In this document: one piece after another, positions 9,694 to 19,308 of the stretch
Position numbering within the stretch: position 1 is the first letter of the stretch
Layout of the letters: each line of letters begins with the position of its first letter
Source: an uncultured Acidobacteriota bacterium
GTDB lineage: Bacteria > Acidobacteriota > Thermoanaerobaculia > Gp7-AA8
NCBI GenBank assembly: GCA_963822445.1
Contig: CAWGHO010000001.1
Location: 480,001-544,000 of the forward strand
Length of the DNA: 64,000 bases
Direction of reading: 5' to 3'
Translations under genes and position numbers: made by a program
The notes under the pieces: model-generated
Seen by the model: only the letters and a program-made list of their open reading frames with translations
Told to the model about the DNA's origin: nothing
The model's database searches: none

Positions 9694-10068
9694 ATGTTCC
9701 TCAAGCGCAAGGCGCGCCTTCTCCTGCTCGACGATGACCCCTCCATGCAGCGCCTGATGGCCGCTCTCCTGCGTCGCGACGGTCATCGCGTCGATGTCGT
9801 CAGCGAGGCCGCGCAGGCCATCGAGAAAATCGGCCGCTACGCGTACGACGTGCTGCTGCTCGACATCATGACTCCCACCGAAGGCGGCCTCACCGTGCTC
9901 AGGCATCTGCGCAAGACAAAGCCGGAGTTGATGAAGCGGGTCCTGCTCGTGACCGCGTCGCCCGACTCGATTCTCAAAGGCGTGAGCGGCGACGTCTTCG
10001 GAGTCGTGCGCAAGCCGTTCGAGGCCGAGGAACTGATGACGGCGATCCGCAAGGTCGTTGCGAGTTGA
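9694..10068 (+). CDS. Single-domain response regulator (receiver)
   Basis: LLLLDDD, VLLLDIMTP, LLVTAS and RKPF. Confidence 0.92.
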   Translation: MFLKRKARLLLLDDDPSMQRLMAALLRRDGHRVDVVSEAAQAIEKIGRYAYDVLLLDIMTPTEGGLTVLRHLRKTKPELMKRVLLVTASPDSILKGVSGDVFGVVRKPFEAEELMTAIRKVVAS

Positions 10069-10451
10069 AGCTGACGCTTCTCCCCGAGCGTCTCGCCGTT
10101 TGCAGACTGCCCGCGGATTCGATGTTGCCGCCGTGGCCAACCGGCGAATTCATCTCCATCACGCGAACGCCGGACGAACTGTCGGTGGTCTGTGAAGAAT
10201 CAGCAGTGCCCGATGACGTCGTGGCTGAGCGCGGGTGGCGCGCGCTGCAACTCGAAGGTCCGATCCCGTTCGACGTAACCGGCGTCGCGGCATCGCTGAC
10301 GGCGCCGCTGGCCGCGAAGGGCATCAGCCTTTTTCTGATCTCGACTTACGACACCGATTGGCTGCTCGTGAAAGACGCGGTGCTAGACCGCGCGATCGCG
10401 GCGCTCGGAACCGCCGGCTTCGACATCGCGGTCCCGCCGCGGCGCGGTTGA
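10065..10451 (+). CDS. ACT-domain protein (CASTOR/ACT_7-like)
   Basis: ISITRTPDELSVVC, GPIPFDVTGV and ISTYDTDWLLVK; TTG start overlaps the upstream stop. Confidence 0.85.
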   Translation: MKLTLLPERLAVCRLPADSMLPPWPTGEFISITRTPDELSVVCEESAVPDDVVAERGWRALQLEGPIPFDVTGVAASLTAPLAAKGISLFLISTYDTDWLLVKDAVLDRAIAALGTAGFDIAVPPRRG

Positions 10452-10811
10452 GCTTCGCACGCAGCTCGAGATCAGGTCGACCAGCTGGGGCACGTTGACC
10501 GGCCGCCGCAACACGATCTGCACGATCTCCACATCCAGCGACCGCGCCGCCTCGACCGTCCCCGCCAGAACCAGCACGATCGGCCGTTTCGCGCGCTCCA
10601 TCGCCGCGATCCTGCCGACGACCTGCTCGATTCCGCGCGAGGCCAGCTCGACGTCGGCGATCACCAGACCATACGGCGCGTCGTCGAGCTTCTGGAGAGC
10701 GTCCGCAGCCGTGCCGACGCAATCGGAAAAGACGTCGAAATCCAGAAGACGGCCATAGAGCCGTTGCCGCAATTCGGCGTCCGTGTCAGCTATCAGTACT
10801 CGTGAAATCAG
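10383..10811 (-). CDS. Atypical receiver-domain protein with a probable non-canonical start
   Basis: Frame reads (L)ISRVLIADTDAELRQRLY...LVIADVEL...RRPV; the receiver beta-1 lies upstream of the listed TTG (10772); AGGAAG precedes CTG 10811 and ATT 10808. Confidence 0.65.
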   Translation of the reverse strand: MISRVLIADTDAELRQRLYGRLLDFDVFSDCVGTAADALQKLDDAPYGLVIADVELASRGIEQVVGRIAAMERAKRPIVLVLAGTVEAARSLDVEIVQIVLRRPVNVPQLVDLISSCVRSSTAPRRDRDVEAGGSERRDRAV

Positions 10812-10878
10812 TGGTGCTTCCTGTCTTGTCCGCCGTGGGATACAAATAACCTGCCAAACCGCACAGCCCGGTGTGCAC

Positions 10879-12009
10879 CTACCCCGTGACGATGCCCGGC
10901 GGCGCCGTCGCCGAAAACGATCGTTTGTAGATGTCGATGATCGCCATCAGGAACGAAAAGACCAGCGGCCCGATCACCAGACCGACGAATCCGAACGCCT
11001 GCATGCCGCCCAGGACCGCGAACAGAAGCGGAATCGCGGGAAGCTGCGCTTTGCCGCGCATCGCCCACGGCCGGACGACGTTGTCGACCAGCGACACCGG
11101 GATGGCACCCCACAACGCGAGAAAGATCGGCTGCCACCAGCCGCGGTCGCCCATCGACGCGGAGATGGTCAGGTAAATCGTCGCCGGGACCCAGACCGCG
11201 GCCGCGCCAACCATCGGAATCAGCGAAAGCAGCGCTGCAACCGCGCCCCAGAATCCGGCACCCGGAACCTGGGCGATGCCCATCCCGACGCCGGTCATGA
11301 TCCCCTGCGCCAGCCCGGTGAAAAGCTGACCGCGGAAGGTCGCGTCGATCACGTCCTTGAATCGCGCGCGAAACTCCGCGTCATACCGTTTTGGCAGCGG
11401 CGACAGAATCGATAACTGGTCGACGATCTCCTCCCCTTCGACATAGAAGAAGTACATCGAGAGCAACACCAGCACGAAGCCGAGGAACATGCCCGCCAGG
11501 CCGCCGACGAGCGCGCCGCCGTGACGCGCGACCCAGCCCGGGAACTGGCGGATGGCCGGCAGGAACATGCGCTCCGGGCTCAGTGTCGCCGGATCGAAAT
11601 TCGGCGCGATGCGTTTCACCCATTGCAGATGCTGCGCGAGGTCGATCCGCCTGACCATCGCCTGCGCTTCGCCCGATTGCAGTTTCTCGACGACGACGTT
11701 GGCCTGTTGCACGAGCATCACCCCGAGAATCAGTGCGGGGATGACCAGCACGATGGTGATGCCGAGGAGCATGAGCAGCGCCGCACGAGGCGAGCTGCCT
11801 TTCTGCCTCGCCCGTATGCGCTGGAACGTCGGGAACGTCAGCGTCACCAGAATCGCGCCGATCAGGATGGCCGTGATGAACGGCCAGATGATCATGAACG
11901 CGGCGTAGAGCAGCAGCAGCGCCAGCAGCCCGAAGAAGATCACCCCCGCGAGCCGCCATTGCGGCTTGCGCTCCAGATGGGTTTCAGACAGCTCACCGGT
12001 TTCGATCAC
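10879..12009 (-). CDS. AI-2E (PerM/TqsA) family transporter
   Basis: Multi-TM protein with LIPMVG, VDNVVRP and GGMQAFGFVGLVIGP motifs. Confidence 0.92.
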   Translation of the reverse strand: MIETGELSETHLERKPQWRLAGVIFFGLLALLLLYAAFMIIWPFITAILIGAILVTLTFPTFQRIRARQKGSSPRAALLMLLGITIVLVIPALILGVMLVQQANVVVEKLQSGEAQAMVRRIDLAQHLQWVKRIAPNFDPATLSPERMFLPAIRQFPGWVARHGGALVGGLAGMFLGFVLVLLSMYFFYVEGEEIVDQLSILSPLPKRYDAEFRARFKDVIDATFRGQLFTGLAQGIMTGVGMGIAQVPGAGFWGAVAALLSLIPMVGAAAVWVPATIYLTISASMGDRGWWQPIFLALWGAIPVSLVDNVVRPWAMRGKAQLPAIPLLFAVLGGMQAFGFVGLVIGPLVFSFLMAIIDIYKRSFSATAPPGIVTG

Positions 12010-12919
12010 GGACGCCTCCTTCGAATGCTTCCCGCCGCGCAGCGCTCGTGATCGCGCCGACGAGCGGGTTCTTCACTTTTCGTTCCGCGGACACTGCGTA
12101 AAACCGTTCCCGCACCGCCGGCAGCCGCCCGACGACGCGCACACCATACTGACTTTGAATCTCGTCTTCGATGACCGTCGGCGCGGGAAAGATACCGATT
12201 CCGCCGCGGCCGAAGGCGGTCATCAACGCCAGATCGTCGAACTCGCCGACGCGGCGCGGCTCGATCGCGTTCGCATCGAGAAAGAGCTCGAGCGCGCGGC
12301 GGATCTGTGTCGCTGCGCCGGGCAGCAACAGCGGTGCGCCGGCAAGCGACCGAGGAAAGTCGTTCTTCACGCTGTTCGCGAGCGTGGCCGTGCCGAAGAA
12401 GGTCGTCCCGCTTTCGCCGAGGAAATGGTTGAACGCGCGAATCGGTGTCGCGGACGCGGGAGCATCGGTGAGTACGAGATCGACTTCGTGCTGGCCGAGG
12501 AGGTTCAGCAGCGTTTCCGGGGAGCCTTCGCGGCAGACGATCTCGATGGCCGCGCCGCCTGCGAACGCCGGCCGCAGGATGCGATAGGCCACGAGCTTGG
12601 GGACGACGTCGGCGATGCCGACGGTGATCCGCGACGGCCGGCCCGTGGGGCGATCGCGCAGGGTGTCGCGAAGCTCGCGGCCGAGCGCGAAGATCTCGTC
12701 GGCATAGCGCAGGGCGATTTTTCCGGCCTCGGTCAACGCCAGCCCGCGGCCCGATTTCGCGAACAGGCTCTCGCCCAGCGATCCCTCCAGCACCTTCAAC
12801 TGCGCGCTGATGGTCGGTTGGGTCAGGTTGAGTTTCTTCGTTGCCGCGGCGATGCTTCCCTCCCGGGCCACGACCCAGAAGTAGAAGAGGTGGTTGTAGT
12901 TGAGCCACTCCACACTCAT
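11993..12919 (-). CDS. nhaR: NhaR-like LysR family transcriptional regulator
   Basis: WLNYNHLFYFWVVAREGSI...LTQPTISAQLK and GIADVVPKLVAY, typical of the NhaR subfamily. Confidence 0.85.
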   Translation of the reverse strand: MSVEWLNYNHLFYFWVVAREGSIAAATKKLNLTQPTISAQLKVLEGSLGESLFAKSGRGLALTEAGKIALRYADEIFALGRELRDTLRDRPTGRPSRITVGIADVVPKLVAYRILRPAFAGGAAIEIVCREGSPETLLNLLGQHEVDLVLTDAPASATPIRAFNHFLGESGTTFFGTATLANSVKNDFPRSLAGAPLLLPGAATQIRRALELFLDANAIEPRRVGEFDDLALMTAFGRGGIGIFPAPTVIEDEIQSQYGVRVVGRLPAVRERFYAVSAERKVKNPLVGAITSAARREAFEGGVRDRNR

Positions 12920-12930
12920 AGAATAATTCA

Positions 12931-12946
12931 ATTCGTTACGACGAAT
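12931..12946. promoter_or_regulatory. Putative LysR operator (T-N11-A palindrome)
   Basis: ATTCGT-TACG-ACGAAT between the divergent LysR and htpX genes. Confidence 0.6.
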
Positions 12947-13000
12947 CTATCCATCTGATCTATGAATGTGGATGAGCCGCCGGCGGTTATCCCCGACGCT

Positions 13001-13855
13001 ATGAAGAACCAGATCCGAACCATCCTCCTCCTCGGAGTCCTCTCCGCGATCCTCATCGGATTCGGAGCGCTCCTCGGCCGGCAGTGGGTCGCCACCTTCA
13101 CCATCCTGGCGATGGTCATCAACTTCGCCGCCTACTTCTGGTCGGACAAGCTCGTTTTGCGCATCCATCGCGCGCAGCCGGTGAGCGAGGCCGACGCACC
13201 GCGGCTTTACGCGATCGTCCGGGAGTTGGCCATGCGCGCGCAGATTCCGATGCCGCGCGTTTATCGCGTCGCCTCGCCGCAGCCGAATGCCTTCGCCACG
13301 GGACGCGATCCGGAACATGGCGTCGTCGCCGTGACCGACGGCATCCTGCAGATCCTCAACGAGCGCGAGCTGCGCGGCGTGCTCGCGCACGAGATCGGTC
13401 ATATCCGCAATCGCGACATCCTCGTGTCGACGATCGCGGCCGCGGTGGCCGGGGCGATCGCGTACATCGCGAACATGCTGCAATGGACGGCGATCTTCGG
13501 CGGCGCGTCCGATGATGACGGTCCCGATCCGATCGCCGCGCTGGGCCTGGCGATCATCGCGCCGATCGCGGCGACGATCGTTCAGCTGGGGATCTCGCGT
13601 TCGCGCGAATATCTCGCCGATGAAACCGGCGCGGGACTCTGCGTCGATCCCGAGGGGCTCGCGTCCGCGCTGGCGAAACTCGAGCACGCAGCGCAGGTCG
13701 TGCCGCCGGCGACGGCCGCGCCCGCGACAGCGAGCCTGTTCATCGTCAACCCGTTCGCGGGCACTCGCGGGCTCGCCAATCTCTTCTCCACCCATCCTCC
13801 GATGGCCGAGCGCATCCGCCGGCTGCGCGCGATGCGTCTCGGGCGGGTGGTCTGA
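13001..13855 (+). CDS. htpX: HtpX zinc metalloprotease (M48)
   Basis: PNAFATGR, HEIGH, SRSREYLAD and FSTHPP. Confidence 0.93.
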   Translation: MKNQIRTILLLGVLSAILIGFGALLGRQWVATFTILAMVINFAAYFWSDKLVLRIHRAQPVSEADAPRLYAIVRELAMRAQIPMPRVYRVASPQPNAFATGRDPEHGVVAVTDGILQILNERELRGVLAHEIGHIRNRDILVSTIAAAVAGAIAYIANMLQWTAIFGGASDDDGPDPIAALGLAIIAPIAATIVQLGISRSREYLADETGAGLCVDPEGLASALAKLEHAAQVVPPATAAPATASLFIVNPFAGTRGLANLFSTHPPMAERIRRLRAMRLGRVV

Positions 13856-13858
13856 TCG

Positions 13859-14835
13859 ATGGAGACCATCGCCACACCGCTGCTCTGGACGGTCTTCAGC
13901 GTCTTCGTCCTGGGCATGCTGGCGCTCGACCTCGGCGTCTTCAGCCGCAAGCCGCATGAAGTTCATCATCGCGAGGCGCTGACCTGGAGCGGCGTGTGGG
14001 TCGGCCTCGCGCTGGTCTTCAACGGCTGGATCTACCTGCGATTCGGGAGCGGCAAGGCCCTCGAGTTCCTCACCGGCTACGTGATCGAGAAGGCGCTGTC
14101 GGTCGACAACATCTTCGTGTTCGTCGTGCTCTTCAGCGCGTTCGCGGTGCCGAAGATCTACCAGCACCGGGTCCTGTTCTGGGGCGTCATCGGCGCGATC
14201 GTCCTGCGCGCGATCTTCATCGTTCTCGGCGCGGCGCTGCTCGAGCGCTTTCACTGGGTGATGTACGTCTTCGGCGCGATCCTGATCTTCACCGGGCTTC
14301 GGCTGATGATCAAAGCGGACGTCGAGCCGCATCCGGAGCGGAACCCGATCTATCGCGGCCTGCGGCGCCTGATTCCGGCCGTGCCGGAGTACGACGGCAA
14401 GAAGTTTTTCGTGATCAGGAACGGCCGCCGCTTCGCCACGCCGCTCTTCCTGGTGCTGCTCGCGATCGAGGCGACCGACGTGGTGTTCGCTGTCGATTCG
14501 ATTCCGGCGATCTTCGCGGTCACGACCGATCCGTTCATCGTCTACACCTCGAACATCTTCGCCATCCTCGGCCTTCGCGCGATGTATTTCCTGCTGGCCA
14601 ACGTGATCGACCGCTTCCACTGCTGAAGTACGGCCTCGCGCTGGTGCTGCTGTTCGTCGGCACGAAGATGGTGATCGCGGAGTGGTACAAGATCCCGATC
14701 GTGGTCTCGCTGGGCGTGATCGCCTTCATCCTGGCCGGCTCGGTGGTCGCCTCGCTGCTATCATCCGCGCCGCTTGCAAACGAGGGAAACGACGCTTCCG
14801 GGAGTGATGATCCTCGAGCCGGCGGTCTTCGGTGA
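13859..14835 (+). CDS. TerC/Alx family membrane protein with a 1-nt frameshift near 14,620
   Basis: EKALSVDNIFVF, DVVFAVDSIPA and SNIFAILGLRAMYF; IDRFH continues as LLKYGLALVL... in another frame (one C missing in CAC[C]TG). Confidence 0.88.
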
Positions 14836-15316
14836 CGACCGGGGCTGGTTCATGGAGACGTTCAACGCCGCGAAGTTCGCTGACGCGGGCCTGCCGGCGG
14901 AGTTCGCGCAGGACAACCACTCGAAGTCGCGCCGCGGCGTCGTGCGCGGCCTGCATTACCAGTTGCACGAGCCGCAGGGAAAGCTGGTGCGCTGCGTCCA
15001 GGGGTCGATCCTCGACGTGGCCGTCGACATCCGCCGCAACTCGCCGCATTTCGGGAAGTGGACCGGTGTCGAGCTCACGGCGGAGAACAAGCTCATGCTT
15101 TGGGTCCCGCCGCGCTTCGCCCACGGCTTTTCCGTCCTGAGCGAGACGGCGGAGGTGATCTACAAATGCACGACGCTCTGGCATCAGCCTTCGGACCGTT
15201 CGCTTCTGTGGAACGACCCGGCGATCGGGATCGACTGGCGCGTTTCGGCTCCCCTCCTCGCCCCGAAAGACGCCGCCGCCCTCCCCCTGTCCGAGGCGGA
15301 GATTTTCGAGGGTTGA
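14774..15316 (+). CDS. rmlC: dTDP-4-dehydrorhamnose 3,5-epimerase
   Basis: FGDDRGWFME, QDNHS, RGLHYQ, QGKLVRC, DVAVDIR and FAHGF. Confidence 0.95.
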   Translation: MQTRETTLPGVMILEPAVFGDDRGWFMETFNAAKFADAGLPAEFAQDNHSKSRRGVVRGLHYQLHEPQGKLVRCVQGSILDVAVDIRRNSPHFGKWTGVELTAENKLMLWVPPRFAHGFSVLSETAEVIYKCTTLWHQPSDRSLLWNDPAIGIDWRVSAPLLAPKDAAALPLSEAEIFEG

Positions 15317-15402
15317 CACCCCCCCACCCCCCGGTTACGATGCGCCGCTCCTCGGGGAATGCACCTCCCACCCTCCCCGGTTAGCAAGTTTTCCTACGAC
15401 GC

Positions 15403-15480
<78 letters not shown>

Positions 15481-15495
15481 TCTAAAGCACTCACC

Positions 15496-15525
15496 AGCCG
15501 CCACTTCGGCGGCTTTCGTGTTTTC
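15496..15525 (+). terminator. Rho-independent terminator after tRNA-Asp
   Basis: AGCCGCC-ACTTC-GGCGGCT stem followed by TTCGTGTTTT. Confidence 0.7.
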
Positions 15526-15550
15526 AGAGGGTTGCGCTTAGAAAGTTGTA

Positions 15551-15655
15551 ACTCGCAAGCTGACTCGCAAGGTCGCGATTCTCGGACGCGAAAACCTGCA
15601 CGGAAACCGCCGCGAAAGCGCGCGATGTTTCACAAATCGCAGCGAGTGTTCCACG
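15551..15655 (+). promoter_or_regulatory. Putative integrase arm and accessory binding sites (left)
   Basis: ACTCGCAAG at 15551 and 15563; TGTTYCAC at 15626 and 15647; both pairs recur at the right end. Confidence 0.75.
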
Positions 15656-15666
15656 GAAAAAAAGCG

Positions 15667-16050
15667 TCAAAGCCGCTTCGGAAATCGGCCGGCGATCGGC
15701 GGCGGAACGTGCGGCCGGAGCGATGCGAGAGAGAGCGCGCCGCTAACGCGCGCTGACTGCCGCTGAAAGCGCGAACGGCGCACACCCGAAGGTGTACGCC
15801 GTTCCCCTGCGCGCGGCGGCTGGCGAGGCGGCAGGGCGTCACGCCAGCGACTCCTGAATTTTGGCGCATGCGTGGCGTAGTTGGTGAGGATCAAGCGACC
15901 CTGTGCGGCTTCGACGTAGACCTCTACCTCGATGCTGAAGCCGTGCTGCTTGAGCCAGTGGCCCGACAGGCGCAGCAAAGGGACGGTCTCACCGCCGGGC
16001 GTCGATGTGTAGCGGAGACCGCGATGCGACTTTCACGCAGGACGGCGTGC
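15667..16050 (-). pseudogene. SymE-like (AbrB-fold) toxin domain, frameshifted
   Basis: VPLLRLSGHWLKQHGFSIEVEVYVEAAQGRLIL matches the SymE PxLRLxGxWLxxxGF pattern; an in-frame stop just upstream implies frameshifts near 16,020-16,045. Confidence 0.65.
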
Positions 16051-16399
16051 GCGTGCGGCGTGGCTTCGGCGTTGCCGCAGCGGGCGCCACGGGCGCGATG
16101 GAATCGGGCGCGGCCGGGACGGGCTGCGCCTCGACGGCCGGCGACTGCGGCGCGGCTGCAGCGCGGCGGCGCGGACGCGAAAGCTTCGGGTGACGGTGAA
16201 GCGCGGAAAGAAGACGTGAGGGCATGACTTGTTCACCTCCGTTGGTGGCCTCGCGAATCTCGGGCGTGTGAGCGGAGCGGCGCGGTTTCATGGCGTGTTG
16301 ATCCTGAAGGTGAAGCGGTGCGGGGTGCCTAGCTGGCGAGGCCAGCGGTACGTCGCAGATCGGCGTTTGCTCGACGCCGAAGACTGTGGGCGATGCCGA

Positions 16400-17701
16400 C
16401 GACGGCACCGGAACGTCAGGACGTTCCCAACCGAGCACCATCTCCTGCATCAGGTCGAGCTCGATGTTGAAGTAGTGCTTGTTCACGGTCGCGACGCTCG
16501 TATCGCCCATCATCTTCACGACGGCGAGCAGGTGTGCGGGCGTTTTGCCGCGCTGCGCGATGTGCGAGGCGCCGGTGTGGCGGAAGTTGAAGAACTGGCC
16601 CTTCTTCCCTTCGAGGTCGTAGCCGAGCATGCGGCCGGCGATTTCGAGCGAGGCGATTCCACTGCTTGCGGATGTCGACGTACGGCTCGCCCGTTGAAGG
16701 GTTGACGTGGATCGGCCCGGAAGCGTTCGCGGGCCGAATGGACGCGAGGTAGTCGACCAGTTCCGCGGCGAGAGGGCCGCGCGCCTTGATGCCCTTGTTG
16801 ACGTTCTTGTGCTTGTCGAGCTGATACCAGCCGGTGCGGCTTGCGGGGTCTAGCGTGACCTCTTCCCACGTGAGGAAGCGATTGCACTTCGGCCGCATCA
16901 GCGTGTAGTAGCCGATGAGGCACAGCCCGCGGAGCGGGATGTACGAAGGCGACCGAAGGCCGCGGTTCTTCTTTTCCTGCGCAACGCGGGCGTTCCAGGC
17001 GGCTTGCTCGGCTTCGTACTCGCGGAGCGCTGGCCCCATGAGGATGCCGAGCTCCAAACGTGACCACGGCTCCGGCTCGTCATCGTGCACGACTTGCGGC
17101 ACCGGCACACCCTCTAAGTGATGGCGCGGGATGATCCGCTGCGCCTTCGCGCGGTTGAGCATCGCGAGGAGCATGTTTGCGTAATGGCGTTGCGTCTCAG
17201 CGCTGAGGCACCCGACCTCGGCGATCAGCTCCTCATAGAGCGGATAGGTCAGCGTCTCGATATCGCGCTCCGCGTCCGTAGAACGCTTCGATGGCGTCGA
17301 TGCGCGATTTGGCGTGGTCGTAATCCTTGCTTGTTGTCGATGAGGTACCGGCGATAGTTCGACGTGACGGCGAGGAAGCGAACGATGCTTGCCTCTTTAA
17401 CCTCGGCCGCTTTGGCGCGCACGACGCCAGCGTTCAGCTTCTTCTCCTCCGCCTCTTTCACCTGCTGCGCGGCGAGCTTCGATAGCTTCTTGTTACGAGG
17501 GTACGGCGAGTAACGCTTGATGCGAATGTCGATCGGCTCGGCTTCGATCTCCTCGATCGGCCGGCCCGTCTTCGCGGCGCGTTTCGCGCGGTACGGCGGA
17601 CACTGGTCGCACGTGCAGAAGGCGGGATGCGTAATCGGCGGCTCGATGCAGAGGCTACCGATGCGGCCCGAAACCCAGCTCGGCTCGGACTTATACGCCA
17701 T
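16400..17701 (-). pseudogene. Tyrosine recombinase/integrase split by at least 3 frameshifts (true 3' end uncertain)
   Basis: SD + ATG at 17701; pieces read ETQRHYANMLLAMLNRA, YYTLMRPKCNRFLTWEEV (catalytic R), HKN, FFNFRHTGASHI and MMGDTSVATVNKHY (catalytic Y); shifts near 17330, 17272 and 16645. Confidence 0.85.
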
Positions 17702-17898
17702 GTGTGTCTCCCTTACCCGCCGCGCGCGGCCGATCGCTCGCGGCGAGGTCCGCAAGGATCGGCCGCTGTTGGGTCACGCCGGAATGGAGGTTGAACCGGC
17801 GCGGCGCGGCGGAGGTGAAAGTGACGGCGAGTCCCTTACCTGCGGCCTGTCGTGAGTTGCGCTCGACCATCGATCACCTGTCAAGCGTTAATTATAGG

Positions 17899-17939
17899 TT
17901 CTCACTTGTGAGAAGACAAGCGTTATCATGACTGAGAAG
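17899..17939. promoter_or_regulatory. Paired operator TCA-N4-TGAGAAG, 24-bp spacing, between integrase and XRE
   Basis: TTCTCA-CTTG-TGAGAA (17899) and TTATCA-TGAC-TGAGAA (17923). Confidence 0.7.
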
Positions 17940-18000
17940 CATGCGAAAGCGGTCGTCGAGTGGACGGACTCCGCGCGGAAGCAGGGCGATACTTTCGCCG

Positions 18001-18414
18001 ATGGCAACGCGCACGCCGAGGGGCAAGGGAAAGACGTTCACGGAGGAGTTCGGAGAGCGGCTGCGGAGCGCGCGGGAGCGGCGCGGCTTCACGCAGGAGC
18101 AGCTCGCGGAGATGGTCGGCATCACCGCTTCGCGCGAATCGGAGTATGAAAGCGGACGCTTCGCGCCGCAGCTCGAGAAAGCGGCAAAGCTGGCGGTGGC
18201 GTTAGAGGTGTCACTCGATGCGCTGGTTGGACGCGACACACCCGAGGTGACCGAGGACATCCGCGATCCGAAGTTGCGGGCAAGCGTGCGAGAGCTGGAG
18301 GCGACGGCGAACGCGCGCTACCTCGACGCGGCAAGCCTGGCGGTGGAAGGCTTCGCATCGCTCGCGCGACATGACGAATTCGAGTCACGCCGGCCGAGGC
18401 GCCGGAAGCCGTAG
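18001..18414 (+). CDS. XRE-family HTH repressor
   Basis: FGERLRSARERRGFTQEQLAEMVG...YESGRFAP...LAVALEVSLDALVG; divergent from the integrase. Confidence 0.92.
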   Translation: MATRTPRGKGKTFTEEFGERLRSARERRGFTQEQLAEMVGITASRESEYESGRFAPQLEKAAKLAVALEVSLDALVGRDTPEVTEDIRDPKLRASVRELEATANARYLDAASLAVEGFASLARHDEFESRRPRRRKP

Positions 18415-18462
18415 CCCGGACGGGCGGGCGGCACGTGGTTCACGCCGAGCAGCCAGACGGAG

Positions 18463-18577
18463 CAGCCGACGCATAACTGCACGTCCTCTGCGCGTCACCG
18501 GCAGGGGTCAAGCCGGCCGGGCGGTGGAGGGCTTGACGCCTGCCGGTGACGCGCTATCACGTTGCATGCGTCGGCTG
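18463..18577. repeat. Long imperfect palindrome (attC-like)
   Basis: CAGCCGACGCAT/ATGCGTCGGCTG outer arms, GCGCGTCACCGGCAGG-GTCAAGCC inner stem, GCATAAC at 18471. Confidence 0.6.
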
Positions 18578-18675
18578 ATTCGGCGCCCGCAGCATGGAGG
18601 CGGGGCGGCGGACGAGCGATGCTCCAGAGGTCAGAGCACGTCGCGCTCCGTCGGCCATCGCTGCACTCACCCACG

Positions 18676-18741
18676 CGTGCTGCAGCGCACCGTTGTCAAG
18701 TCTCCCCGGCGAGAGACTTGATAACGGTGGGCTGCGGCACG
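18676..18741. repeat. ~29-bp-arm hairpin between convergent genes
   Basis: CGTGCTGCAGCGCACCGTTGTCAAGTCTC / GAGACTTGATAACGGTGGGCTGCGGCACG. Confidence 0.7.
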
Positions 18742-18785
18742 ACGTCCTAGCGCGATGGCCGACGGTCGTGTTTGCGAGTTAGTCG

Positions 18786-19223
18786 TTACGGGGTTTGAGA
18801 AGTGCGGCGCTTGCCGATGGCGGCAATCTCGAGCCGTTGCCGCAGTTCGTCTGTAGGCGTCCACGTACCGTCCTGGCGACGGCGAGCATCGAATCGCTCG
18901 CGGCCGTCGAGAACCGAGGGCGGCGAATCGACAGTCGGAAGCTCCCACGTCCGAATCGTGAAGTCGGAGTCTTCATCCCACTCCCCTGAGTCGAAGAAGC
19001 CATCGTCGCGGAAGGTCATGTAGTTGAACGTGGCGCCCGCGACCGAGACGGGACGCCGGCCGTCGAGTCGAACGTGGATCGTGGCGAGGCGGACGCGTTG
19101 GCCACTCAGCTCAGGGAACGGCACGACGACCTTCTGGAGGATCAGATCGTAGAACGCGGATCGAGCGAGCCGATGAATCGTGCCGTCCTCCGCGAGGAGG
19201 TAGTACCGCGGCGACGTCGCCAT
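18786..19223 (-). CDS. Hypothetical protein (145 aa)
   Basis: Globular-looking composition; TAAAAT 6 nt upstream of the ATG. Confidence 0.65.
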   Translation of the reverse strand: MATSPRYYLLAEDGTIHRLARSAFYDLILQKVVVPFPELSGQRVRLATIHVRLDGRRPVSVAGATFNYMTFRDDGFFDSGEWDEDSDFTIRTWELPTVDSPPSVLDGRERFDARRRQDGTWTPTDELRQRLEIAAIGKRRTSQTP

Positions 19224-19308
19224 GCCGCAATTTTACCTCGGCGGCCGCGATGCTCACTCAGCGCGGGAGGGCGGCACCCGCGGTGACAGGACAGTCGTGC
19301 GAACAGCG

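Noticed and set aside
6273-10140. Long N-terminal extensions of the GNAT (6273) and HYR (10140) ORFs
   Set aside because: They overlap opposite-strand genes; motif, promoter and signal-peptide evidence supports starts at 7047 and 9618.
12950-13860. yybP-ykoY riboswitch upstream of terC
   Set aside because: terC starts 3 bp after htpX and no riboswitch consensus is visible; LysR control is more plausible.
14600-14640. Programmed frameshift in terC
   Set aside because: No slippery heptamer or stimulatory structure; a single missing C is more simply an error or mutation.
15626-15655. True parS site
   Set aside because: Only direct half-sites are present; there is no 16-bp palindrome.
16400-17701. 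Integron integrase (IntI)
   Set aside because: No IntI-specific insertion is recognisable, and tRNA att cores with arm repeats indicate a phage-type integrase.
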